Numbered from the stretch's first letter, positions 42,794-51,566 are shown. The stretch: 51,566 nt of DNA from Alcaligenaceae bacterium (GCA_029268265.1 JAJUGH010000001.1:1-51566); one strand, 5' to 3'. Numbers and translations are program-made. Notes: generated from the letters alone by a model not told the origin.

Positions 42794-44116
42794 ATGAGTT
42801 CCCCTAAAGTCGGCTTTGTCAGCCTTGGCTGTCCGAAAGCGCTGGTCGATTCCGAACGCATCCTCACGCAGCTGCGGATGGACGGCTATGCCATCACACC
42901 CGAATACGACAATGCCGACGTGGTGGTGGTCAACACCTGTGGCTTTATTGACAGCGCCAAAGCGGAGTCCCTGGATGCCATTGGCGAGGCGATCGCCGAA
43001 AACGGCAAGGTCATCGTCACGGGATGCATGGGGGTGGAAGAAGGCCTGATCCGCGACGTTCACCCCGCCGTACTCGCCGTCACCGGCCCCCAACAATACG
43101 AACAGGTGGTGCGCGCGGTCCACGAAGCGGCGCCGCCCAAGCACGAGCACAATCCTTACGTCGATCTGGTGCCGCCCCAGGGCGTGAAACTTACCCCGCG
43201 CCATTACGCCTACTTGAAGATCTCGGAAGGCTGCAACCACCGCTGCAGCTTCTGCATCATCCCATCAATGCGCGGCGATCTGGTCAGTCGGCCGATAGGC
43301 GACGTGATGGGTGAAGCCGAGCGCCTGGTGCGCGCGGGCGTGAAAGAGCTGCTGGTAATTTCGCAGGACACAAGCGCATACGGGGTGGACGTCAAGTTCC
43401 GTACCGGTTTTTGGGACGGTCGGCCCCTCAAGACCCGCTTCACCCAGCTTGCCGAAGCGCTGACCGATTTCGGTGTGTGGGTACGTCTACACTATGTATA
43501 TCCATATCCGCATGTGGACGAAGTGATCCCGCTCATGGCGGAAGGCAAACTGCTGCCCTACCTGGATATTCCCTTCCAGCATGCCAGCCCGCGCATCCTG
43601 CGGGCCATGAAGCGCCCTGCCTTCGAAGACCGCACGCTGGCGCGCATTCACCAGTGGCGCGAAGCCTGCCCCGATCTCACTCTGCGCTCAACATTCATTG
43701 TCGGCTTCCCAGGTGAAACTGAAGAAGACTTTCAATACTTGCTCGACTGGATGTCGGAAGCGCAACTCGACCGCGTGGGCTGCTTTCAGTATTCACCTGT
43801 AGAAGGCGCACGCGCCAACGAACTGCCCGGCCAGGTTCCTGACGAGGTCAAGCAGGAGCGCTGGGAACGCTTCATGGTGCACCAGCAGGCGATTTCCGCT
43901 GCACGGCTGGCGAAGAAGGTGGGCCGCGAGATCGAGGTGCTGATTGATGAAATCGACAAAGACGGCCCTGTCGGCCGCTCCAGTGCCGATGCCCCGGAAA
44001 TCGACGGCAATGTCTTCATCACTACCGCGCGCACGCTACAACCGGGCGACTTAATTCGCGCACGCGTGACGGATTCCGACGAATACGATTTGTACGCGGA
44101 AGAAATACAGGGCTGA
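42794..44116 (+). CDS. rimO: Ribosomal protein S12 methylthiotransferase
   Basis: [28 protein letters not shown] radical-SAM motif, TRAM domain; ATG 42794 with GAGGT RBS. Confidence 0.96.
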   Translation: MSSPKVGFVSLGCPKALVDSERILTQLRMDGYAITPEYDNADVVVVNTCGFIDSAKAESLDAIGEAIAENGKVIVTGCMGVEEGLIRDVHPAVLAVTGPQQYEQVVRAVHEAAPPKHEHNPYVDLVPPQGVKLTPRHYAYLKISEGCNHRCSFCIIPSMRGDLVSRPIGDVMGEAERLVRAGVKELLVISQDTSAYGVDVKFRTGFWDGRPLKTRFTQLAEALTDFGVWVRLHYVYPYPHVDEVIPLMAEGKLLPYLDIPFQHASPRILRAMKRPAFEDRTLARIHQWREACPDLTLRSTFIVGFPGETEEDFQYLLDWMSEAQLDRVGCFQYSPVEGARANELPGQVPDEVKQERWERFMVHQQAISAARLAKKVGREIEVLIDEIDKDGPVGRSSADAPEIDGNVFITTARTLQPGDLIRARVTDSDEYDLYAEEIQG

Positions 44117-44989
44117 TCAGAACAAGGCCACGCCCGGTGTGGCCACCCTGACCCGGTACACAGAGCTGGAAGCGGTGACATAAAGCGAGCGCATGTCATC
44201 GTCGCCCCAAGTGAAATTGGCGGTTTTCTCGGGGATCTCAATGACACCCAGGCAGCGCCCCTGCTCGTCGAACGCCTGTATCCCTGCACCACCGGTGCAA
44301 AATAGCGTTCCCGCCGAATCCATTTTGAGCCCATCCGGCACACTTTGCCCGTCACATTCCACTGCCGCCCAAATATCGCCCCCGGCTGCGTTGCCTTCTG
44401 CGTCCAAGGTCCAGCGGCGGATATGGCGCCCAAGCGTATCGTTGACATACAGATGACGTTCTTGCCGATCCAGGCACAAGCCGTTGGGCTGTTGGAAGTC
44501 GTCGGCTAATAACGTCAGTCGGCCATCAGGATCCAATCGGTACACGCCCTGCCACGACAATTGCTGCGGCCGTTTGACCCCCACCAGTTCATGGGTGCGG
44601 CCGTAGCTTGGGTCAGTGAAATAGATGCGCCCGGCGCTATCCACCACCACATCGTTAGGGCTGTTCAGTTCGCTCCCCTCGAAATGAGACGCCAGCACCG
44701 TCAGGGATCCATCGGCTTCGCAGCGAACCAGGCGGCTGTTGGCGTGTTCGCATGACAGCAGGCGGCCCTGGCGATCAAAGGTGTTGCCGTTCGCCATGCC
44801 GGAGGGTTCCCGCAGTACGGAAACCCCTTGCCCGGGCGCCCAGCGCAACAACCGGTTTGCCGGGATATCGCTGAAAACCAGGTAGCGCCCCGTTGTATGC
44901 CAGGCCGGCCCCTCTACAAAACGAAAGCCGTCCGCGATGCGCTCTACCTGCAACCGGGCGCCGACGCGTTCCTTGAAGTCGTTATTCAA
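44117..44989 (-). CDS. SMP-30/gluconolactonase family protein
   Basis: FVEGPAW, LNSPND, YFTDP, QPNG, VPDG metal-ligand motifs; probable TTG 44989 overlapping the hydrolase stop (alternative 45019); no signal peptide. Confidence 0.9.
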   Translation of the reverse strand: MNNDFKERVGARLQVERIADGFRFVEGPAWHTTGRYLVFSDIPANRLLRWAPGQGVSVLREPSGMANGNTFDRQGRLLSCEHANSRLVRCEADGSLTVLASHFEGSELNSPNDVVVDSAGRIYFTDPSYGRTHELVGVKRPQQLSWQGVYRLDPDGRLTLLADDFQQPNGLCLDRQERHLYVNDTLGRHIRRWTLDAEGNAAGGDIWAAVECDGQSVPDGLKMDSAGTLFCTGGAGIQAFDEQGRCLGVIEIPEKTANFTWGDDDMRSLYVTASSSVYRVRVATPGVALF

Positions 44990-45824
44990 AGCAAGCAAAT
45001 CCTTCGTGAGTCGCTGCAAAAGCCAGCACCATTTTGGCGCAAGCGGCCGGTTCCAGAGACATGATGGTGTGCGTGGAATAGTTCATTCTTACCAGCTTGA
45101 AGTCGGGCACGGTATTGAGCAGTAACTGCATTTGCTCATCGTCAGCCACCTTGGCATCGGCCGGATACAGCCCCAGCATAGGCGCCTTGATACCTGGAAG
45201 CGCGTCGCGCAGATCCACCACCTCAGCCAGCTCAGATAAGGCGATCATGGCCTCCACAGACGATTTGCCGATTTCCTCTGCATAGAATTGCTTCAGCCCT
45301 TCGTCGGTGCCCGGCGGAAAGCGCAGATCGTCGTTGGCCGCCGCCGCCCAGGCGCGAGGCCCCATCTTGCGCAGGGCTTCTTGCCAGGACGCATGCCCGA
45401 AGGAGAAAGTGTCGGTGACATACTTGTTGTGCCAGACGCCGGAAGCCACGCAAGAGAGCGTGCGGACGCGCTCGGGATAGTGGCTGGCCAGACCCATCCC
45501 TATCATCCCGCCCAGCGATTCCCCGCAATAATGCACGCTGTCGATCTCCAGGTGGTCAAGCAGATCAACGAGGTCCTCAAGAAAACCTTCCACCGTGTAG
45601 CCCGTCTTGGGATCGAAATCCAGGGGCGACTGGCCCAGGCCGCGAAGATCGGGGCGCAGTATCTTGAAATGCCGCGCCAGGTAGGGCACCCAGTTGTACC
45701 AAAACTTGCCGGATCGCGAATAGCCGTGCTGCAGTAACAAGTATGGTCGATTCTTCCATGCATCGGTAAAGTCATCGATGCAATAGTGCAGGGTCGGCTT
45801 GTTGGGTCTTTTGAGGAGCGGCAC
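44982..45824 (-). CDS. Alpha/beta fold hydrolase (PcaD-like size)
   Basis: LLQHG oxyanion motif, DLRGLGQS, GESLGG nucleophile elbow, C-terminal His (STH); GTG 45824 with AAGGAAG RBS. Confidence 0.88.
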   Translation of the reverse strand: MPLLKRPNKPTLHYCIDDFTDAWKNRPYLLLQHGYSRSGKFWYNWVPYLARHFKILRPDLRGLGQSPLDFDPKTGYTVEGFLEDLVDLLDHLEIDSVHYCGESLGGMIGMGLASHYPERVRTLSCVASGVWHNKYVTDTFSFGHASWQEALRKMGPRAWAAAANDDLRFPPGTDEGLKQFYAEEIGKSSVEAMIALSELAEVVDLRDALPGIKAPMLGLYPADAKVADDEQMQLLLNTVPDFKLVRMNYSTHTIMSLEPAACAKMVLAFAATHEGFACFE

Positions 45825-45843
45825 GTTGATCTTCCTTTGAAGG

Positions 45844-46806
45844 TTATTCGGGCTTGACACCGGCGCGCTCTGCCAGAGCGGCCCATTTATCGATTTCTTC
45901 GCTGATGAAGGCTTCGAACTCATCACCCACCATAAGGCGGGGCTGCACGCCAAGCTTCTTGATGGCGTCACGAAACTCCGGGTTGCCCACAACCTTGGCC
46001 ATTGCGCTCTGCAGCAGGCTCAGGGCCTCGGCATTCACCCCCGCCGGCGCCAGGATGCCGTACCAGGCCAGCGCCTCGAAGTTGGGAATCGTGTCACTGA
46101 TCTGCGGCACATCGGGCAGGATCTGGTCGGCGCCTTCCCCTGTCAGCCCCACCGCCACCAGCTGACCCGACTCGATGAACGGGATCGATGAAGTCAGGTT
46201 GTTGATGATGAAATCCACCTGGCCCGCCAACAGCGCCTGGGTTGCAGGCGCCGCCCCCTTGTAGCCGACCTGCTGGAACGGGGTGCCGAAATGGTCGGCC
46301 AGCATCTGCACGGCTAAGTGATTGGCGGTACCGGTTCCCGGTGTACCGTAGAACATGGGTTTGCCGCGGGTCTTGGCGAGCTGGTGGAGGTCTTCCACCG
46401 TTTTGATGCCCAGATCGGGGCGGGCTACCAGCACGTAGGGCGCACTCCCCAGCATGCCGACGGGGTCGAAATCATCTATAGGGTCAAAAGGGAGATCGGC
46501 GGTGGTATTGGGAAGAATGGCGTGGCCGTTCGCCACCAGAAGCAACGAATACCCATCGGGGGCCGCATTAGCGATATAGGCGCTGCCGATAATGCCCCCC
46601 GCCCCGGCCCGGTTCTCTACAACAAAAGTCTGTTGCACTTCCTGTTCCAGAAACTTCGCCAATGTGCGCGCGAGTAGATCGGTCGGCCCGCCGGGTGCAA
46701 ACGGCACAACGATCTTGACAGCCCTGTCGGGGTAGCCGGCCGCCTGCACCAGCGGGGTGAACGCCATACACAGGGCACTGAAGATGCTCAATAAGGCCTT
46801 TCTCAT
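45844..46806 (-). CDS. Bug/TctC substrate-binding protein
   Basis: Signal peptide, VPFAPGGPTD, VENRAGAGG, PDGYSLL, YKGAAPA. Confidence 0.92.
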   Translation of the reverse strand: MRKALLSIFSALCMAFTPLVQAAGYPDRAVKIVVPFAPGGPTDLLARTLAKFLEQEVQQTFVVENRAGAGGIIGSAYIANAAPDGYSLLLVANGHAILPNTTADLPFDPIDDFDPVGMLGSAPYVLVARPDLGIKTVEDLHQLAKTRGKPMFYGTPGTGTANHLAVQMLADHFGTPFQQVGYKGAAPATQALLAGQVDFIINNLTSSIPFIESGQLVAVGLTGEGADQILPDVPQISDTIPNFEALAWYGILAPAGVNAEALSLLQSAMAKVVGNPEFRDAIKKLGVQPRLMVGDEFEAFISEEIDKWAALAERAGVKPE

Positions 46807-46852
46807 GATGCCTCCTCCATAGGTTCCGACCGCCGGTCTGCGCCGGGTTGGA

Positions 46853-47824
46853 TCAGGGTTCGGGAATGCGCTCCAGCTTCTGCAGGCAGCGCACCGTCCC
46901 CGGCCGCTGCTTGTTGGGAAACACCAGCGGCCATGCCGTATGGCTCACTTCTCCCACATAGATATCGCCGCGTGAATCCATCGCCACACCGTGTGGCGCA
47001 ATGAAGGAGCCAGGGGCGGTGCCGGCTCCTGTGAATGAGCCCAGGCGGGCCAGCAATTTTCCTTCTCGGTCCAAAATACTCAACCGTGGCCCGATGCCGG
47101 GGTGCGACACATTGACCGACATAAAAGGGCCCAGCTCGCCCACCAGAAACAGCGGCCGGCCACCCCGACATGAGCAGAACAGCCCGCAAGGCCGATGCAT
47201 GTCGTGCCATTGCGTCTCAAATCGCCCTTTGCCATCGAACACCTGTATGCGGTGGTTCTCGCGGTCGGCGACATAGACCCAGCCGTCGCTGTCGGCGACG
47301 ATGTTGTGAACGATATTGAACTGCCCCGGCCCCGTGCCGGGCTCGCCCCAGGTCAGCAAATGCTTACCGTCGGGCGAATACTTGTGCACGCAGGCATTGC
47401 CGTAGCCGTCGGACACGTAGATATCGCCATTGGGCGCAAGCGCAGTATGCGTACAGCGATGAAACGGCACACCGCTCATGTAGGGGGTCGACTTGCCCGG
47501 CGTACCGATTTCCAGCAGAACCCGCCCGTGCGTGTCGCACTTGCGCACGAAATGCCCGCCATCGTCCGTGAGATACAGGTGATCATTCTCGTCGATATGG
47601 ATCCCATGCGCGCGTGGGTAATCGCCTTCCCCCCAAGATCTTAGGAAGTTACCTTCACGGTCGAACACCACCATGGGATGCACACCCCGGTTGAACACGT
47701 ACACATTGTCCTGGCTGTCGACGGCCACTCCCCCGACTTCCTTCAAATCCCAGCCCTCGGGCAGGTTTCCCCATTGCTCCACCACCCGATACCGGAACTT
47801 TCCCTCGCCCATGACAAATGCCAT
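46853..47824 (-). CDS. NHL-repeat beta-propeller, peptidyl-alpha-hydroxyglycine alpha-amidating lyase (PAL)-like
   Basis: VYVFNRG, AHGIHID, YVSDGYGN, FNIVHNI, VADRENHRIQVF, APHGVAMD; no signal peptide. Confidence 0.85.
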   Translation of the reverse strand: MAFVMGEGKFRYRVVEQWGNLPEGWDLKEVGGVAVDSQDNVYVFNRGVHPMVVFDREGNFLRSWGEGDYPRAHGIHIDENDHLYLTDDGGHFVRKCDTHGRVLLEIGTPGKSTPYMSGVPFHRCTHTALAPNGDIYVSDGYGNACVHKYSPDGKHLLTWGEPGTGPGQFNIVHNIVADSDGWVYVADRENHRIQVFDGKGRFETQWHDMHRPCGLFCSCRGGRPLFLVGELGPFMSVNVSHPGIGPRLSILDREGKLLARLGSFTGAGTAPGSFIAPHGVAMDSRGDIYVGEVSHTAWPLVFPNKQRPGTVRCLQKLERIPEP

Positions 47825-47840
47825 ATCGGCCCTCTTCGCT

Positions 47841-47896
47841 CTTCAACGCAACTTAGGTTGCGATATAATTCTTAGGCCCGCTGGAATTTTTGTCAA
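47841..47896 (-). promoter_or_regulatory. Sigma70-type promoter plus palindromic operator, copy A
   Basis: Minus strand TTGACA (47896-47891)-N17-AAGAAT, followed by CGCAAC-N4-GTTGCG palindrome (47847-47862); TATAAT on plus strand at 47864-47869. Confidence 0.7.
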
Positions 47897-47945
47897 GCAG
47901 ATATGCATCGTCCGGCCGGCAACACAACATCATCAGGAGACAACC

Positions 47946-48926
47946 GTGCACGTATTCATGGCGGGGCGCCTGCCCCAGGCAGCGCTGGATCGGCTGGAAC
48001 AGGAAGCCGGGCTGACGCTGAGCATTCACGACGCTCCGGACGCAAAGGACATGGCGAAGGCGCTGGAGCATGCGGATATCCTGCTATTGCGGGCGACTCC
48101 GGTGTTAACCGCTACGCACATTGAGGCCGCGCGCCGGCTCAAGGTGGTGTCCCGTTACGGCGTAGGCTACGACAACGTCGATGTGACCGCCCTCACGCAC
48201 GCCGGTATCCCGTTGATGGTGGCAGGCAATACCAACAGCACATCGGTGGCGGAAGGCGCTTTCTCCCTATTGCTGGCCGCCGCCAGGCAGACGCTCGCCT
48301 ACGACCAGGCGGTACGCTCCGGGAACTGGAAAATGCGTGACAGCTGCCACGCTATGGAAATCGACGGCAAAAGTCTTTTGCTGATTGGCTTTGGCAGGAT
48401 CGGCCGGAAGATGGCGCAGCTTGCCCAGGGGTTCGGCATGCAAGTGCGTGTCCATGACCCCTTTGTAACGGAACAGGCAGTGTTGGCCGCGGGCTGCCGT
48501 CATGAAGCCGACCTGGATGCAGCGCTGGTCACGGCGGATTTCATCAGCCTGCATCTCGGCCTTTCACCCGACACGAACCAACTTCTCAATACCCGGCGAC
48601 TGGAACGCCTTAAGCCCGGCGCGATTATCGTCAACACCTCGCGGGGCGGCTTAATCGATGAAGCGGCACTGGCACGATGCCTGAAGTCCGGCTTGATACG
48701 CGCTGCAGGAATCGACGTCTTTGCTACCGAGCCCATCGACCCACACAACGTACTGCTGGACGCGCCGAATGTCGTCCTGAGCCCGCACGCCGCCGGCTTG
48801 ACCCGCGAGGCTGCCGACCGCATGGCGGTCATCACTGTAGAGAACGCCCTGGCAGCCGTAAAGGGCACGGCGGACAGCGCCTTGGTCGTGAACCCGGAAG
48901 TGCTGAAATCGCAGGCCCGCGGCTGA
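47946..48926 (+). CDS. D-isomer-specific 2-hydroxyacid dehydrogenase
   Basis: GVGYDNVD, GFGRIG, NTSRGG (Arg), DVFATEP (Glu), SPHAAG (His); GTG 47946 with AGGAGA RBS. Confidence 0.92.
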   Translation: MHVFMAGRLPQAALDRLEQEAGLTLSIHDAPDAKDMAKALEHADILLLRATPVLTATHIEAARRLKVVSRYGVGYDNVDVTALTHAGIPLMVAGNTNSTSVAEGAFSLLLAAARQTLAYDQAVRSGNWKMRDSCHAMEIDGKSLLLIGFGRIGRKMAQLAQGFGMQVRVHDPFVTEQAVLAAGCRHEADLDAALVTADFISLHLGLSPDTNQLLNTRRLERLKPGAIIVNTSRGGLIDEAALARCLKSGLIRAAGIDVFATEPIDPHNVLLDAPNVVLSPHAAGLTREAADRMAVITVENALAAVKGTADSALVVNPEVLKSQARG

Positions 48927-48949
48927 TGCCCGGAAAAACCAGCCTGACG

Positions 48950-50365
48950 TCAGGTGGCCCAGCACGGGGCTGAGCTTCCCAGTGGCGCAGGAGGCAAAGC
49001 CCAGTGCGGCGGGGTGACCGACATACGCGCCACGGGCTCGAGTTGTTCCAGCATGCCGAAAGGCGAAGGTCGGCTGCGCAATACGGGGCGCAAGGCATCC
49101 ACCGGCACCGGCGATGCCGGCGGCTCCTGTAAGCCCAGGCTCTGTACCCACATGGACGCCCGGGCCAGCGCAACCTTCACGTGATAGCTGCCGCCTGCAG
49201 TCGCGCGCCGTTCCAGCGCCGCCATGACGCCGAGCGCCCCAAGGTAGGCAGTCAGGTAGTCGTTAAGCAAATGCGTGGGGGCAAGACGGGGGCGCCCATC
49301 CTGCGCCTCACTCATGGCCACCCCGCTAACTGCCTGCCCCAAGGGGTCGAAGCCTTTCCTGGAAGCCCACGGCCCTTCCCAACCATAGGCACTGACGGAC
49401 ACGTAGATAATGCCTGGCCGCATGGCCGCTACATGCTGGGCCCCCAATCCGCGTTCGCTCATGCTGCCCGGACGCCACGACTGTACAAACACATCGGCGC
49501 GCCGTACCAGCGCCTTTAACGTTTGCAGATCGCGCTCGTCATGCAGGTTGATATAGGCATTGCGCTTCCCCAAACCGGTATCGATGATCTGCAGCAGCGA
49601 ATCAGGATGCTCCGGCGACGACACGCGCAGCACATCTGCGCCGTGTTCAGCCAGGCTGCGGGTGATGCCCGGGCCGGCAATCACATGCGAAACATCCAGC
49701 ACCCGCAAGTCGTCCAAAGGGCGCCGTTGCGGTTTTGGCGGCTCGGGCGGGCTGTCAGCAATTCTTTCCACTTCCACCACCGGCGTGTTCAACAGCCATC
49801 GCCCCTGTGGATGCTGTTCCCATTCCTCGCGGGTGCGCACCACCGCCGCAGTGGCGCCATGTTGAACGAAGGTCTCTTCCAACTCGCCGGCGTCACGTCC
49901 GCCAACCGCCGCAGTGATAGCGGCCACCGTATTAGGACAGTTCAACAGCTCGATAGCTTTGTCACGCAGGTGGGCGTATGCCCCCGCGATAAAGAACCAC
50001 TTTCGATCACGTGTCTGATAAAACCCTGCCTTAAGTTCGCGCACCACGTCCAGACGCATCGGCACGGCATGGCCGCTCTGGCGTTGGAAAGTCAGTGGGC
50101 ACAAACCGCAGAGGCTATGCAGCGCATCCACGGCAATTTCCTGACGTTCTCCCCCGGCATCACGCCAGCGCTGTGCCACGCCCAACGCGATCGCTGCACT
50201 GACACCGGCCGACGCGGCGCTCAAACGATGTACGGTCGCCACCGGCGGCTGCTCGCCCGACAACTGCAGACTGGCAGCGCGCTTCCAGTGTTCGCAGCGC
50301 AAATCCGCCAATAAGCCGTCGAGCGCGCGATGTGTGTCCTCATAAAACACTGCGACTGTGTTCAT
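48950..50365 (-). CDS. Family III (CaiB/BaiF) CoA-transferase, rearranged two-part form
   Basis: PLDDLRVLDVSHVIAGP, GADVLRV, GKR, GFD (catalytic Asp), ND; start 50365 or 50374. Confidence 0.88.
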   Translation of the reverse strand: MNTVAVFYEDTHRALDGLLADLRCEHWKRAASLQLSGEQPPVATVHRLSAASAGVSAAIALGVAQRWRDAGGERQEIAVDALHSLCGLCPLTFQRQSGHAVPMRLDVVRELKAGFYQTRDRKWFFIAGAYAHLRDKAIELLNCPNTVAAITAAVGGRDAGELEETFVQHGATAAVVRTREEWEQHPQGRWLLNTPVVEVERIADSPPEPPKPQRRPLDDLRVLDVSHVIAGPGITRSLAEHGADVLRVSSPEHPDSLLQIIDTGLGKRNAYINLHDERDLQTLKALVRRADVFVQSWRPGSMSERGLGAQHVAAMRPGIIYVSVSAYGWEGPWASRKGFDPLGQAVSGVAMSEAQDGRPRLAPTHLLNDYLTAYLGALGVMAALERRATAGGSYHVKVALARASMWVQSLGLQEPPASPVPVDALRPVLRSRPSPFGMLEQLEPVARMSVTPPHWALPPAPLGSSAPCWAT

Positions 50366-50376
50366 TGCGCCCATCC

Positions 50377-51342
50377 TTATTTTTCCAGGCGGATGTTGGA
50401 CACCACCTTCTTCCACTTCGCCATATCCGCATCAATGCGCTTTTGGAATTCTTCGGGCGTGCTGCCTATCGGCTGGGCGCCCAACGCTTCCAAGTCACTG
50501 CGAACTTTCGGGTCTTTCAAGGCTTTGATAATTTCCTTGGCCAGCACATCGATGATTTCCTTGGGCGTACCCGCCGGCGCGCTGATGCCGAACCACGTAT
50601 CCACCTCGAAACCCGGCACACCGGATTCGGCGATGGTGGGCACATCACCCGGCGGAATCCGCTCCAGCCCGGTGGTGGCGATGGCTCGCAAGGTGCCCGC
50701 CTTGATATGGGGAGTGGCGGTTACCGGATTGGCAAACATACACGAGATATGGCCGCCAAGAAGATCGGTCATTGCCGGCCCCTGCCCTTTATAGGGCACA
50801 TGGCGGATGTCTATCCCCGCACTTTGCGCCAACAATTCCCCAGCCAGATGCGAAGACACGCCAAAGCCCGCCGAACCGTATGTCAGGGAGCCGGGCTTAT
50901 CGCGCGCCAGCTGCAGCAGCTCGTCAAAGGTCTTAACCGGTAGCTGCGCGTTTCCAATCAACATGAAGGAAGACGACATCACCAGGGATACCGGCTCGAA
51001 GTCCTTCTGAAAATCATAGGAAAGGGAGCTGTCAAGAAACTGATTCCAGGTTTCAGCGATGTTGGACACCAGAAGCGTGTAGCCGTCGGGTTCTGCGCGG
51101 GCCGCTGCGGCTGCGCCGACCGTACCCGAGGCGCCGGGCCGATTCTCAACAATAAACGATTGCCCCAGCCCGTTTTGCAATGCATTGGCCACAATACGCG
51201 CCGATGCATCCGCGGGCCCTCCGGGCGAAAAAGGAACGATGATGTGGACGGGTTTGGTGGGGTAGTTTTGCGCCTGGGCGGGGCTGATAGATAGGAGCGC
51301 GGCAAGCAGGCATGCACCGCTGAGAAGCATTCGTGACATCAT
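50377..51342 (-). CDS. Bug/TctC substrate-binding protein
   Basis: Signal peptide, VPFSPGGPAD, VENRPGASG, PDGYTLL, VPYKGQGP; ATG 51342 with GGGAGA RBS. Confidence 0.92.
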   Translation of the reverse strand: MMSRMLLSGACLLAALLSISPAQAQNYPTKPVHIIVPFSPGGPADASARIVANALQNGLGQSFIVENRPGASGTVGAAAAARAEPDGYTLLVSNIAETWNQFLDSSLSYDFQKDFEPVSLVMSSSFMLIGNAQLPVKTFDELLQLARDKPGSLTYGSAGFGVSSHLAGELLAQSAGIDIRHVPYKGQGPAMTDLLGGHISCMFANPVTATPHIKAGTLRAIATTGLERIPPGDVPTIAESGVPGFEVDTWFGISAPAGTPKEIIDVLAKEIIKALKDPKVRSDLEALGAQPIGSTPEEFQKRIDADMAKWKKVVSNIRLEK

Positions 51343-51360
51343 GAGGAGTCTCCCGTTATG

Positions 51361-51416
51361 CTTTAACGCAACAAAGGTTGCAATAAGAGCATTACAGAAA
51401 ACGCCCTGGCTGTCAC
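51361..51416 (-). promoter_or_regulatory. Sigma70-type promoter plus palindromic operator, copy B
   Basis: Minus strand GTGACA (51416-51411)-N17-AATGCT, followed by GCAAC-N4-GTTGC (51368-51381); same spacing as copy A. Confidence 0.65.
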
Positions 51417-51452
51417 TGTGCGCATGCTCAGTGAAATCCCGTATAGGTTCGA

Positions 51453-51566
51453 TCAAAGGCGGGCGAGAATAGCGGCGGCTTCGCGCTGCAGCGCCTCGAC
51501 GGCCGGTTCCAGACTCGTCGGAAAACGCGACATAGGGCCGGTAATGACCAGCACCCCGATTAATGA
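51453..51566 (-). CDS. IclR family regulator, C-terminal fragment (5' end outside window)
   Basis: Manual translation SLIGVLVITGPMSRFPTSLEPAVEALQREAAAILARL* matches the IclR effector-domain ending (G.L.I.GP..RF...L..AA..I...L); absent from the ORF track. Confidence 0.7.
   Translation of the reverse strand, partial: SLIGVLVITGPMSRFPTSLEPAVEALQREAAAILARL

Noticed and set aside
46803-47210. 135-aa ORF overlapping the PAL-like 3' end and ending at the Bug start
   Set aside because: Alternative frame with no recognisable motif; the PAL-like frame is intact through its last His motif, so there is no frameshift evidence

Overview
GC-rich betaproteobacterial chromosomal segment. Gene order and the Bug/TctC expansion suggest an Alcaligenaceae (Bordetella/Pusillimonas-like) host; this is an inference. 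It is mostly core genes: ilvA, apt, kdsD-kdsC-lptCAB, hpf-ptsN-hprK-rapZ (no rpoN in its usual slot), rlpA, rsmI-yraN-gmhA-BON, argB, moeB-ctpA-envC-gpmA, grxC-secB-gpsA, trmL, comF-bioC-like, rsmB-DUF4390-NtrY/NtrX(PlrSR)-like and rimO. Small accessory modules built around orphan Bug/TctC binding proteins are interleaved with these. The best candidate for an undescribed system is the catabolic cluster at 44117-51566. It holds a cytoplasmic stand-alone NHL beta-propeller that keeps the catalytic motifs of peptidyl-alpha-hydroxyglycine alpha-amidating lyase (PAL), an alpha/beta hydrolase, an SMP-30 lactonase, a D-2-hydroxyacid dehydrogenase, a rearranged family III CoA-transferase, two Bug proteins and an IclR regulator. 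Its two leftward operons share a near-identical palindromic operator with identical promoter geometry. Also notable: GGGGTC(A/T)GACCCC REP-like palindromes at two convergent junctions (one pair is translated as the TrmL tail, and both loci have mirror-image C/G skew in their flanks), and a divergent glutamate-cysteine-ligase-like gene overlapping the end of ilvA. No rRNA, tRNA, CRISPR, transposase or phage genes were recognised. Family assignments come from motif recognition by eye, not database searches; several starts were adjusted from the ORF track.
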